A stretch of DNA of 64,000 bases from a bacterium (GTDB lineage Bacteria; UBA8248): positions 1 to 64,000 of the forward strand of contig CBDBZY010000064.1 in the NCBI GenBank assembly GCA_965213685.1, in the 5' to 3' direction. A model generated the notes under the pieces. The model was not told the DNA's origin and did no database searches. It saw nothing but the letters and a program-made list of their open reading frames with translations. This document shows positions 37,916 to 50,903 of the stretch, piece after piece (position 1 is the stretch's first letter; every line of letters begins with the position of its first letter). A program made the translations under genes and the position numbers.

Positions 37916-39139
37916 CAATGGCTTAAAACTGTGCACAAAACCTGCTGGTTGGCAAAAAGTGCATGGAGTGCTAGTCGGCTAGTACTAGTGTATCGCCTTG
38001 TCAGTGGTAGCACCATGAGTAATGGTTATGTCAACCCATTGGACTACCAGGCCAGGAAGAGATACTATGAAAAGCTGGAAGCTGGAAGCTGTTGGCCTGT
38101 CTCTTAATGTTGAACCATATAGCGCTACTGATAGATTCCATTCTGACACGACCCTTTGGCCAAAGATCGAATACAGTTTAATACATTTCAGGCCTGGCAC
38201 CTACGTTCAGGAACAACTTCTCTCATGGAAGCAGATGGAAGCACCCAGCTGGATTCAAAAACGTGTGTGACAAGTCCACTGACTGAGGACTGAGCACACC
38301 AGCGTCAGCCGTTGGACGGGAAGAACACTATAGCTAACACAGTGCAACTATCAGAAAACTCTAATCTATGTCTATTCCTCACTCACGATGTTTCTGTCAT
38401 ATTCTCTCTTCAAGAGAGGAGGTTACTGCCGTACAGTCAGTCAGGAACGTGTTTATACACAGCACGGTTGTTACTAAAACCCAGGACGGGACAGGGTGAA
38501 TCCGAGACATCCCGTCCCGTCCATACGTGTATGATAGCCACGCTGGCGGCAGTTAGGCACTCCTGGCACGTATCTACTATGGACTCTACAAGTGCTTCGG
38601 CAGGACATGTAGCTACTACGGACTCTACAAGTGCTTCGTCGCATCATACCTTTACACTGTATCCTTGCAAATTTCACAGTTCATGACAAGACTGTGTTAA
38701 TATTACTTTCACAAAAACAACAAAACCTCTTGTGAAGACCTACACAAGATGCATGAAACCGTTCCATACAAGTGTCACAAGTGTCACATTCAATCATGGC
38801 ATTGCCATTGTCTGGGAGTCGGTATGAAAAGTATCCCTGTGATTGCTTTAAGAAAAATCTGTTTCTTCCATCTTTCGCTATTGATCGACTATTATAGTAT
38901 AACACTTTTCCCAGATTCGTAAAAGCGTGCGGCAGATATCGATCTCGGTTTATTGGTCCCGGATTTTGAGTAGGCGGCCGAATCCGGGAAAAGTGTTATA
39001 CTATAATAGTCGATCAATGGAAGAAACGTAAAGCAATCTCTCCGCAATCAGCTGTAGAAGCACCTACAGATGGTGCTTCATTACTTCAATCACCTGACGC
39101 CCACACATAGATGAACATGATGATTACTGGCTGCTCCCC

Positions 39140-39785
39140 CCACCTGTGTCAGCAGAGAAATTCTTACCATACTATCTCCAGGTGAACTAAGACTTCCTAA
39201 TAATATCAGAACAGTAAATCCTCCCATCCTGGCTCCTTCCTGATGGGGACGTGTTCCAGTCGACATACTTAAAGGGGTTCTGACGGCACAAGATTTGAGG
39301 GTCTGCCAGTGTGAGGTTGGCAGATTTGCCAATGACCACTGGTTGTACTTAGGAAAGAATGGACTCCCAGTCTCTGGGTCCAGGCTCGGTGCCCAAACAG
39401 AAGTTATTCTTTCCTTTCTTTCCTTCTTCACCTGTGTCAGCAGAGTAATTCGTACCATACCATCTCCAGGTGAACTAAGACTTCCAAATATTATCTGGAC
39501 AGTAAATCCTCTCATCTCGGCTCCTCCCCTGATAGGGAGGCGTTCCGGTTGTCCCCTAAAGGGGTTCTGACAGCACAAGATTTGGGGGGTCTGCCAGTGT
39601 GATGCTGGCAGATTCGACAATGACCACTAGTAGTACTTAGGAAAGAATAGGGAGATAAACTTTTGTCCTGGGTAATGGCCTGGTGCTTAGTGTACTGGAC
39701 TCCCAGTCTCTGGGTCCAGGTTTGGTGCTCGGACAGAAGTTTACCTTTCCTTTCTTTCCTTCATCAACTGTGTCAGCAAATTCTT
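39140..39785. mobile_element. Tandem SINE-like repeat units (also 50975-51390)
   Basis: Repeated CACCTGTGTCAGCAGAG..ATTC...CATCTCCAGGTGAACTAAGACTTCC and TGGACTCCCAGTCTCTGGGTCCAGG blocks. Confidence 0.6.
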
Positions 39786-40251
39786 AGACTATGGCTATTC
39801 AGCCACGTATCATTCTCTCAACCCCTGGCACTGAACAGATGTGAAGAATATTTGTGTGAAATTCTTACAAGTTATGCATATGAGTCATAGAGTAGATGAC
39901 AATTCTTTGGTCTAGTTACGACCTCCCATTATGGGTCATTTACCCATCACATATCAAACTCCTGCCATAGCACACACTCTAGTTACTCTGGAGACGGATA
40001 TCCTATACCTAGTACCTTGTGCACATGCACCCCATCTCAAGAGTATACTCAGTGTGGGAGTGACGTGGCATCACTCAGCTGCAACTGAGATATACATCCA
40101 TACCAAGGTTAAAACTAACCATCTCTCCTATCATGCCAAGGGAGAGCTACGTATCATATGCATATGCAGTAGGTGGTATGTTCAACACTGAACATTTGAA
40201 TAATAAGTACCTCACATCAAAGTATACAATCAATGCATAAAGGCACAATAT

Positions 40252-41910
40252 CTAAAACCTTCTATGACAGTTACATTTACTATCAACCACCTTTGATGGC
40301 CTTCTATCATGTATGGATATGCAACCTATGTCTGTAGCACTTTTGTTTACCGACAGAAGAAAGTCTTTTAGCTCTTGTTTCAACACTGGTACAAGGTCAG
40401 TGTGCTGGTCAGATATATCAGTTGTTTCTTTAGGATCAGCTACCACATCGTAAAGATTGACACTCTGTATGTTTCCTTTATTGTACTTAACAACAAGTTT
40501 TTGTGAGTCTCGTAATACTGCACCATAGAAAGATGAGTTTAAATCTCCCTTTTTAATGTGAAAGGCAAAAGCAATTGAACTATTGCGATGATTGACATCT
40601 CCCTTGAGAAATGGCAGAATAGAGACACCATCTATTGGTCAATCTTGAGGAGGATCAATGCCAAGGATATCACACACAGTCGGTAGCAGGTCATTTGTCA
40701 CCACAGGATAATCAGACTTTCGATTGGCTTTAATCACTGCTGGCCATTCTAATATTGCAGGGACTCGAATACCACCTTCAAACACTGTCCCTTTCTCTCC
40801 TCTCAAACCAGCTGTAGAGCCTGGAGTGCCTTTCTGTGGGCCATTGTCACTTGAGAACCACACAAATGTGTTGTTCTTAATGCCATATGTTTCCAGTAAA
40901 CCTCTGACTCTCCCTATTGCTTGGTCCAGTTGCGATATAGCTCCATAGTAATGGGTAACATCTCTTGAGTAACCTTGTTTTCTGTACATAGTGTAGTAGG
41001 GATCAAGAGCATAGTACACACGATGCACGTCATGAAATGCAAGTATAACAAAAAAGAGCTTTTCACTAGAATGCAATTTTTGAAGATATTTCTCAAACAT
41101 GTCCACAATAAAATCTGAATCTCCAATTATGGAGTTGTGGTAGGCTTGCAATTTTTCTGACTCCTTATCCATGTAGTGATAATCTCTGCAGGTTTTGTGT
41201 TGGTACCATCTCTTCTCAACAGTACAACTGAAGCGTTCAGAGCATTGGCAGTTTGGTGCCACTGAGGATGTGTCTCTTTCAGTTACTAACCACAGGTCAA
41301 AACCATGCATGCCAGGATGGGACACAGGCCACTTCTTGTTACCCCCTTCAATAACTTTCAAATCACCAACATGCCATTTCCCAAATATGGCAGTTTTGTA
41401 GCCTTCATTCTTTAGAAGTTCAGGCAGTGTTACTTCAGAGGTAGGTAGGGGCATAGAACAGGGGCATTCGCCATCATTACATGGAACACCCAGATCCGCG
41501 TGCCAGATACAGTACCGATTGTGGTTACGTCCTGTCAACAGAGTGCCTCTGGTTGGTGAGCAAACAGGACCTCCCAAATAAAACCTCGTTAGGAGGACAC
41601 TGTTTGGTCCTCGGGCCATTTGGTTGAGATTTGGTGTCTTAGCTTTTCCTCCATTATACTCCACGTCACCATAGCCCAGGTCATCAGCTAATAAGTACAG
41701 AATATTTGGATGTTGCAATGGATTCTTGTGTCTGTTAGGTAGTGAAAAATTGTCCTCAAGAAAGTTAGGAAACCTATATTGTTTCTTCTTTACTCTTCTC
41801 CTAAAAGTAATGCCATTGACATCTCCTAGTGCGCTGTACAACACAATTACTAAGATACCCACCACAACTGTCGCTAGTACTATTGCCACTCTGAAATCTC
41901 CCACTTTCAT
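40252..41910 (-). pseudogene. Sulfatase copy 2 with one in-frame CGA>TGA nonsense codon
   Basis: ORF from ATG 41910 reads ...GIDPPQD then TGA at 40641-40639 where the other three copies have CGA (Arg). The frame continues intact to ...CNCHRRF* at 40252. The stalk is shortened (FRRRVKKKQYRF). Confidence 0.85.
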
Positions 41911-42193
41911 AGTTTGGTGAGGAGACACACTTGCAGCTGTAGTACAGAAGGAGAGAACAGTAGTAGGAAGTGATCTCTCTACATAAGCAGGGTACATATA
42001 CACAAACATGGCCTTGCTGTGGGCCGTGTATAAACACAAGACATACAGGGTACCAACATAATGTCCCTTTTTAACTTGAGCCATTCACATACGCAAATAC
42101 AGCCTGCTATGGGCTGTGTACAAGCACGGGACATGCAATTCTATGCTAATCTTAAAGTGGTGGGCTACCGTTATGCGCTTGATATCTAATTTA

Positions 42194-42340
42194 AAGTATG
42201 AAAAACATTTTCCAAAAATGTAGAGGAATGTAGGTATGGCAGTGCCAAAAATCACAGAAAATAGGTATAGGGATGGCGGTGTGCAGGCAAGACAGGGCAC
42301 ACAAAGATTACACAAGTAACACCATCCCTATATCTTTTTT
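42194..42340. mobile_element. Single hairpin-arm fragment of the Helitron-like family at 51691, 55606 and 56889
   Basis: AAGTATGAAAAACATTTTCCAAAAATGTAGAGGAATGTAGGTATGGCAGTGCCAAAAA...ACACAAGTAACACCATCCCTA. Confidence 0.7.
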
Positions 42341-43499
42341 CTTCACCATGCACCAGTGTTGTTCGCAGTAATCTCATAGTGTAACCTGCATAAGGATAAC
42401 ATGGAAAAAATCACGCTTTCTGTACATGAGCAGCCGTCTCCGAACACCTTTATCAAGGTCTTCTTCAAGGTCTTCTTGCCGAGGGGTTCTACCAGCCAAG
42501 GAGTGATACCAGCCTGGAAGCACACATGAACCCTTACACTTTACGCCAGTGCGTGACTAGTGATATACCAGTGGAGGAGAGAACGGAAACACTTATACTT
42601 AAAGTCAGTGCGAGCCCACGTACACGTACTGCACGAGGCTATTTACTGCGTATATGTACCTCTAGTACTCTTATATACTACAAATGTTTCATGACAGCTG
42701 TTTTGGGCCATGCTGTGGCCACACAATAAGGAAAGGTTGTAATTGTGTAGTAAGTGGGAGGGAATTATGGAGAGGCATACATGTACATGTAGATGTGCAA
42801 CTCCCATAACAAAGGTCTTTGTTAAAACAGGAGTCCATAAGCGCTGCAAAGCGATACTAATAGAATTGTTGTTTTAACCAGGAGCCCATTGGCGTCGCTT
42901 CACGGCGCTTATGGGCTCCTGGTTAAAACAACAATTCTATTATTGCAGTGCATGCATTGACTTCCACTTTAATGCAATAAGTATGTTTATCTCAGTTGCA
43001 CATTTGTTCTCTTAACACCTGGTACTGAACTGATGGTGTAAAGAATGTGCAAAATGTGTAGGTAGGATATCCTTCTAGAAGTTAAGGGCATTTAGTGATA
43101 GTGTCCTTTAGTCCACTAAGCTTGACATAGCAGTAAGCACACATTATGGGTTGTTTACCCATCACAAGTTCCAGTCACAATACAATACATACATATACTC
43201 GAGAGATACTCTACACATTGCACCAATGCATTCACGCAGTCTCATACTGGAGAAATACACACTGGAGAAGTAAGACTCAGTGCAGGAGTGGCAGGATGTC
43301 ATTCAGCTGCAACTGAGATGACCATCAAAATCATCATGGTTCTTTTGCTATGTATACATGTAGCCTTTCTAAGGGCTGTGTATATATAAGCATGGACATA
43401 CATACAAACATAGCCTTACTGTGGTTTTTCCTGTGTCAGTACCAGCTTAGTTTAAGAAAAGGGCAGTCTCTAGTGTATGTTCCAGGTGAGTGCTGTTCA

Positions 43500-45210
43500 G
43501 GAGCTGCGATTGAGCTAATCCCTCCAGGCTGCAAGGTAATAGCCTTAGGTGACTTCAATGCTGATTTGGGTGCCTTGGGAGGCCCCATGTCGTGTTCCAC
43601 CAAATGAACAGGGATCCATCTCCTCATCATACTAAATGCCTGGGACTTTGCCTCTTCACATTTGCACCTCAGCCCTACTAATTCTACATACACGTATGAA
43701 AGTGAAGCACACTCCTCCTTTTCAACCATTGACCACATCATTTGTCCCCGATACATACTTTCTAACTTCTGCTCCTCAAAGGTGCTTGATGACCATCCAC
43801 TAAATACCTCAAACCATCTACCAGTAACTGCAGAGTTTCTATGCTCTCTTTTTACTCCTACTTCTTCCACAACACAGGCCACACAGCAGCCAGTTCCTAA
43901 CTGGAATAAATGCTCAAAAGATGAAATTCGGCAGCTGTACACTGAACCATTACAATCTAGCCCTGCTGATCTCTTCCATCAGTTTCTTTCACAAGCAAAT
44001 GTCCTCTTACAGCCATACCTGTTAGATGATATTCTCCATTCTTTTGGAAAATGTTTGTGAACTAGTGCCATGAACATTCCACAGAAACAATTCCGTAAGC
44101 ATAAGGTTCCCAAGTGGAATCATCGCCTAAAGGAAGCACAACAGAAGAGTAAGCTCCTGTATAAGGAATGGGTATCTGCTGGTCGCCCTTGGTCTGTGAA
44201 TCATCCTGCTCGTGTGGCATATAAAGCAGCAAAGAAAGAGTTTAGAGCATGCCTCCGTCAGCATAGGAGAGATCTTAACACGGAATTTTATGAATCCTTA
44301 GATGAACAATGCTCTGACCCACAACGACTATTCCAATCTATAAGGAACTACACTAATCCTGCTAGTGCAACTTCTACTCCTTCAAAACTTATTGTTAATG
44401 GCTCTCTCTTTCAAGGGGACTCTATACTGGATGGTTGGGCTAACTACTTTGTGTCTCTCAGCATTCCACATGACACATATTTCACTCCAACTCAGCTAGA
44501 TCTTGTCTATGAATATCAATCCATCTGTTCCACTGCCAGTGGGTGCTCTGATGTGTTTGTCCTGGATGAAGTGACTGATGCAATTTGCTCCCTTTCGCGT
44601 CGTAAAGCAGCTGGACCTGATGGAATAGAGAATGAACATCTCATCTTTGGTGGTTCAATGGTTCCTGTTTGCCTTACCACTATATTTAACTCTATCCTCC
44701 TTTCTGGATATATCCCAGAGTGCTTCAGGTATGCCTATGTAATACCAATCCTGAAAAGCCATAATAATGATCCTGCAATTCCTTCAAACTATAGAGGAAT
44801 TTCTCTCCTGTCTGCAATTAGCAAAGTGTTTGAGAAGCTTCTACTCTCTCACCTTCACCAGCTAGCCCATTCACTTAACCCACTTCAAGAAGGTTTTCGT
44901 GTGGGATACAGCTGTCTGCATACGGCCTTTGTTCTACAAGAGGCTATTGCTTCTCGATGGAAGAAGAGTAAGAAAGTTTACATTGCTTTTCTTGATGCTA
45001 AAAAGGCCTTTGATACAGTGTGGCATATTGGCCTCATGGTGAAACTTCGCCGAATAAATATTCCCTCATATATCTGGCATCTACTGAATAACTGGTACAG
45101 CAGCTCATCAGCATCAGTGCGATGGAATAACAACAATTCAAGACCATTTCCTATCAAGCAAGGTGTGAGGCAAGGAGCTATTCTCTCCCTGTGTATGTTA
45201 ACAATCTTCT
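43500..45210 (+). mobile_element. Degenerate non-LTR retrotransposon (LINE) ORF2: AP-endonuclease plus partial RT
   Basis: LGDFNA, TYTYES..STIDHI, NTSNHLPV, KAAGPDGI, YRGISLLSAISKVFEKL, QEGFR, AFLDAKKAFDTVWH, GVRQGAILS. In-frame stops at about 43605 and 44058; truncated before YADD. Confidence 0.88.
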
Positions 45211-45483
45211 AAACTATCAATCATCACTTCCATCTCCATCTGTTTTCTGGAATCTATCACTAGTGCTATATGGCTTATCATTAAGAGACAGGCCAACAGT
45301 TTCCAGCTTTTCATAGTATCTCTTCCTGGACTGGTAGTCCAATGGGTTGACATAACCATTACTCATGGTACTGCCACTGACAAGGCGATACACTAGCACT
45401 AGCCGACTAGCACTCCATGCACTCTTTGCCAACCACCAGGTTTTGTGCACAGTTTTAAGCCATTGCAGTGGAACCTCCCTATA

Positions 45484-47683
45484 CACTGCAAAAACTACAT
45501 AGTTAGTTTAACGTACATAAAACTGAATTTAACAATAACTGAATTTAACATACATAAATGCAGTTAATTTAACAATAACTGAATTTAACATACATAAGTG
45601 CAGTTAAACTAAGGCTACATTTGGTAAAATAACCTAGGGTAGTTGTAATAACTATTATCATGTGATTACAACCCTAATAAAGTTGTATTAACTATATGAA
45701 TATTAAAGTAACCAAACTTGGTTAAATTACATTCATCCATGGAGATAAAATTAAGTACTTCAGCACTGAAATTAACCATTTTGCACAACAATTCTTGAAA
45801 CACACTACATCTGATCACACACATTATCTACAGTTCCAGATGGTGCTTTAGTGTTACATAGAGATATTCAGGGATGAAAGAAAGACTCCAAGAGTGAAAG
45901 ACAAAAGGGTCTCTTAGTGATGTCACAGGGAGAACTGACTGAAAGATGTGACGTAGTGATTGAAACCCACCGGGGGTGGCACAAATTTCTTCACTAACAC
46001 CATGTTTTGTTAGGTGTTGGGTGTCAATAGCTTTTTTCTTGTTCAAATTTAACTTGAGTTCGACTTGAATGCAAGTATTGATGACAGTCTCGCAGTTGGA
46101 GTCTACGCATCAGTGCTTGTAGCCGCAAACACTGTGCATGCGCACTAAGTTTCAGCCAGCATGTGAACAGCTGCGTTCAAAGGGATCTCGTGAATGCTGC
46201 AGCTGCTTGGTGCACCTTTGGCAGATGGCTGAATTTACTCTTCCTCATGAAGATTCGTCGCCAGAAGATGTTGCCAGTTGGCTGCAGGAGTAACGGAATA
46301 CCTGAGGAATACTGTACAGCTTTTAGTGGTAAGCTTTCTGTCCCTTTTTAGGGAGCCGGCAGAGGTGCGCCTGGGTAGCGGAGTAGCGGAGGCGGGTGTT
46401 CGCCCGGCAGCTCTTGCCCCCCTAGACTTGTCTTCATGACCACCCCGCGCACGCATGAGCAGGAGGGGTAAATTCACTACTAAATTGATTGGTTGGTTTT
46501 TCATCTTTCCTTAGATATATGTCCGACATATGCTGGAGCTTTTTCTCCGCACTCAAGGGCCAGCAGTGGTGAGTGTTTTTTTCCCAAACCATACACAGTT
46601 ACATAATTGTATGGGATACAACTAAGTGTTAGCTTCTTCATATTGTGAAAGGTATATTTACCAGTATACCTGATATACCTTACCATGGACATTAGGTTGA
46701 GCAGGACATGGAGCTGTTCATGCAGCAGAAAGGTATTGTTCAAAACACTGCAAATACCTTGGAGAGAAACTTGGATGCCAGCTGTGTTAGAATTGGAGAG
46801 AAGTTCCTCCATTCAGACACTCCTGGAGAAGTACAAGAGTGACGAGACAGGTATATACTTATAGCTGAACATGTTGCCATCTTTTTCTCTGTGATGACTT
46901 CCATGGGCATCTTTCTCATCTGCTTTCTACATTTCTTACAGATAATGACAAAGACGTTCTTCATGCTGTGAAGGTTCTGGTGGCACTTTACTTAGCTAAG
47001 GCCGAAAAAAACTTGGACACTTTGATCCATCTATATGAGAAATATGAGGTATAGGATAAAAATAGCATGGTCTTTCATCTAGACCAAGATATTTACTTTT
47101 ACAGATGTTTACTATATACAATGGAGGAGGCAGCAACAAAGGAGCCACAGCGAACCTCTCCCTGTATTGCAGCCTTCAATAGGGACAATGCCAAGCAGTA
47201 TTTCTCCTTCATGTCTTCTGTGAGGCACCTAACCTCTCAGCAACACTTATTTTGTGGTTTTATAATTATATATAGTTTGGTATCTTTTGTTGTACGTGCT
47301 GATAACCTGTTACCACAGTTTTTGAAATATAATATTATCTAATCTGTCCTTGGGTTGGAATAACCTATGGTGACCTTGTATGTATCACAACCATAGAAGT
47401 TGTGTTAATAACATCAAAGATTAAAGAAAGCCTGCAGCAAAGTTAAAACAACCACAATAGCATGGTTACAGTAGTGTTTACTATAACTCTGCTTTATGGT
47501 AAATGTCACTTTGCATATATAGTTAAATTAACTTTTCAGCCATATTAAACTAACAAGAAACAATGAAGTTAAGTATTAACCACAAAATATTCAGTTAAAT
47601 TAACTCTGCAGGTGGGTTGTTCCAGTTGCATGCACTTTCATACAAAATATTGGGTGAAATTAACCAAGCAGTTTTTTGCAGTG
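45484..47683. mobile_element. CACTG-terminated (CMC/EnSpm-like) non-autonomous DNA transposon
   Basis: TA|CACTGCAAAAACT ... AGTTTTTTGCAGTG|TA with many subterminal GTTAAATTAAC/AATTTAAC repeats at both ends. Confidence 0.75.
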
Positions 47684-47685
47684 TA

Positions 47686-48500
47686 GTTGGTCCATACTCT
47701 CCTTGAAGGGGTCAGTACAACCAGACCTGCTAGGAAGATAAACTACAATAATAAACAGTGGGCCATCACTGTAATCCAACTTAATGCCAATCATTCATGA
47801 GGAAAGTATGTGGGGCACAGCAGAAATGAGAGAGTCAAGGTTTCTACACTACCCTATGGCAACTCCACTATGTCCTCTTACAAGGTGGGGGATACAATAG
47901 ATATTGTAGCCCGTTAGCGTGGGCGTTCAAAGGTGCCGCCAGGGCAATATATCTCATACACGCTCTTTGTCATGTGAACACAGGGAAATATCGATATTTC
48001 CCTGTAGCCACGTGACAAGGGTGCACCGTGTACAGCTCGACAGCAAATACACGCAAAGGTAACGGTCGGGGTACAGGACAGTTATACCATGATAGTCAAG
48101 GCTGTTAGCGGGCTAAAAGCTTGACATACCATGGTAGCTCACGTACAGTTCGACGGCAATCACACGATCAGAGGTAGAATTGAGCTACACAGGATAGCTA
48201 TACCGTGGTAGCCTAAGCTGCTACCGGGCTAGCTAGAGCATGCCTACGGCGGGCTTTATCTGAAACGGTAATATTCCTTAACCCCTCAGGCTTCGCCCTC
48301 GGGGTTAATGAATATTACCACGTGTATTTCTGATAAAGCCCTGGTAGGCATGCTCTATCCGTAACTTATCTTCAATTTCAGGAGAAGCCATTGCCAAAAA
48401 TTTCAAATTCATATCCAGATCAAATATTGACTTTAGATTATAATTATGCAGCCAGTGTTCAGATAAAGCAATTATGTCAATGTCTGGACTCCAACAAGGA
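47686..48500 (-). mobile_element. LINE endonuclease N-terminal fragment interrupted by a hairpin-bearing insertion (about 47900-48357)
   Basis: DIIALSEHWL (about 48480-48450) and RGHSGVAIG...FIIVVYLPSRSG (about 47885-47720), with stops. Confidence 0.65.
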
Positions 48501-48660
48501 GGGTGGTGTTGTTCAGACACATGCTAACTATGTAGTTGAAATCATTTTTTCATCATAAGCACTGTAAACCACTCCTCACTGTCATCCATAGCCGTTGCAA
48601 TGAATATAAATATTAACGGTGAAAATTATTGATTACAACACATAAAATACAACTATGTCA

Positions 48661-49184
48661 CAGTGGCGTAGCCAGGGGGGGGCTTAGGGGGCTCGAGCAC
48701 CCCCCTTACTGACTTCAGTCAGACCTAGAGTAGCGGGGAAAGCCTAGCTGTGCTAGACTATTCCTGCTTTCGATGAACTTATTACCTGTGTATGCTAGAG
48801 CATTAGTTACATGCCTTGCAAGAATTGTTAGCGTCAGTTACAGTTACTATAGTGCAAAGTTCAACATAATATACAAGCTGCCCTGTAGTCAGGCTGTATT
48901 TTTCTGGTGGGAGGAGCAAGGGAAAAAATATGGCTGGCTCGCAAGACAAAGCTGCCCTGTTGGTGTACATCGCACACGAAGGAGAGCCTAGGGACGAGGG
49001 GGACGAGGCTACCTTATCCCCAGGCCATTTGCTCGTGCTATCTTTAACCCCTGGCTCAGGATAGCGTCGTCCTCAGGCCCTCCGCTGGAGCAAATTTACG
49101 CACGACCTCTGACCCCCCGTGGACCTATGACGTAATGTGAAGACGTAACTGAGCCCCCTCACAAAAATCCTGGCTACGCCACTG
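48661..49184. mobile_element. hAT-like MITE with 5-bp TSD
   Basis: TGTCA|CAGTGGCGTAGCCAGG ... CCTGGCTACGCCACTG|TGTCA. Confidence 0.8.
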
Positions 49185-49324
49185 TGTCATGTATATGTCA
49201 TGGCCAACTTGAATTTTTCTGCATACGACAACGCAGCAGCTAACAACCATCATGCCGCTGACACTTCGCGCCACTCTTTTGCCAACCAGGTGCGCGTTAA
49301 TTTGGAATTTAGCGCCCAGTGTAT

Positions 49325-50104
49325 TAGTCTCGTGAACCAGACCGCATTCCGTGAACGCGCATGTGCGAGCGAAAGGGGGAGGGGAAGAAGGGAAAATACG
49401 GTCTGGCCAAACTCGCCAGGTTTTCGAGGCCACGACAAGATCTTGTCGTGACCAATCAGATTTCAGATCTGCATTGATTGGCGCTATGCGCGTTCCGCGA
49501 AAACCTCAAAGCATGCACATCTTAGTGTGGCATATAATTATGTATGCAAGTGTCTGAGGTGGTAGAGAAGTCTCCATGGCTCGCTATCGAGCTACGAGAC
49601 TACCAGTATCTAGTCTAGCCCTAGTCTAGCCATAGCCGTTCCTCAGCCATATGATCGTATGCTGTAGTCCCTAGCCTAGCCCTTACCCTATTACAAGATG
49701 GAGCCGCAAACTCGGGGACACAGTTTTCTAGGCTTGTTCATCCAGCGCAAAACATGGGAGAATCGTCAGTTGTTAGACGTCGTCATGCTACGTGTACTTC
49801 GGAAAGTTCACCATACTATGCCACCCAACCAACTAATCGTGTCTCCGCTTTCGGCGGCAGTGACATTAGCTGTAGGTCTATCCACGTTTGTGTGTGCCGA
49901 AAAGAACAGACTAGAGCAACAGATAGAGCTGCTGTAGCCAGTGTATGGCGGAGTCTTCCTGGAGTCATGGTTCCTTGAGGTTGCTTATGTATAGTGTTAA
50001 GTTCCTATTGCCAATTATTCACAGGTGACAACATTCCAAGCGGAAACGAAAACCTGGCGAGTTTGGCCAGACCGTATTTTCCGACGGTCTGGTTCACGAG
50101 ACTA
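49325..50104. mobile_element. TAG...CTA TIR element with 9-bp TSD (Academ/AcademH-like)
   Basis: CCAGTGTAT|TAGTCTCGTGAACCAGACCG ... CGGTCTGGTTCACGAGACTA|CCAGTGTAT, plus an inner inverted block AAATACGGTCTGGCCAAACTCGCCAGGTTTTCG. Confidence 0.85.
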
Positions 50105-50399
50105 CCAGTGTATGTTGTCGGCACACGCACGAGGTAAGTTTGCTGACATTGATGGATGAAACTCTAACACCCTGCGTAGAGCAAGGGGGAGCTGAATTCA
50201 AAAACGTGCGTGACAAGTCCACTGACTGAGGATTGAGCACACCATGCAGCGTCAGCCGTTGGACGGGAACAACACTACATCAGAAAACTCTAGTCATGAT
50301 GTCTATTTCTCACTCACGATGTTTCTGTCTTTAAGAGAGGAGGTTACCGCCGTGCAGCCAGTCAGGAAAGGTGCGACACGTCGCCAAACAACAGCACGG

Positions 50400-50903
50400 T
50401 TGTTACTAAAACCCAGGACGGGACGGGATGAATCCGGGACATCCCGGCGTCCCGTCCCGCCTACTCAAAATCCGGGACCAATAAACCGAGATCGATATCC
50501 GCCGCGCGCTTTTACGAATCCGGGAAAAGTGTTATACTATAATAGTCGATCAATGGCGAAAGATAATTTTCGTAAAGCAATCTCTCCGCAATCACAGGGG
50601 TAAGCTTACTTTTCATACCGACTCCCAGACAATGGCAACGCCATGATTGAATGTGACACTTGTATGGAATGGTTTCGTGCATCTTGTGTAGGTCTTCGCA
50701 AGAGGCACACTGTGGTTTTGTCGTTTTTGTGAAAGTAATATTTACATAGTCTTGTCATGAACCGTGAAATTTGCAAGGATAGGCCTATATAAGGTGTAAA
50801 GGTATGATGCGATGAAGCACTTGTAGTAGCCACGTGTCCTGCCGAAGCACGCGCCTCGGTACGCGTGAAAAGCTTAGCATAATACGTCCTGGGTTTTAGT
50901 AGC
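50400..50903. mobile_element. Unclassified TIR element carrying a PHD-finger remnant
   Basis: TACTAAAACCCAGGACG ... CGTCCTGGGTTTTAGTA; internal YRLPDNGNAMIECDTCMEWFRASCVGL. A rearranged copy lies at about 38468-39050. Confidence 0.65.

Noticed and set aside
40639-40641. Selenocysteine recoding of the TGA in sulfatase 2
   Set aside because: The position is Arg, not Cys, in the paralogs, and no SECIS was recognised; a CpG transition explains it.
41911-42084. N-terminal extensions of sulfatase ORFs in the track (also 54752-54889 and 60366-60509)
   Set aside because: They cross a conserved polypyrimidine/CAG acceptor and are not open in copy 1; MKVGDFR is the shared start.
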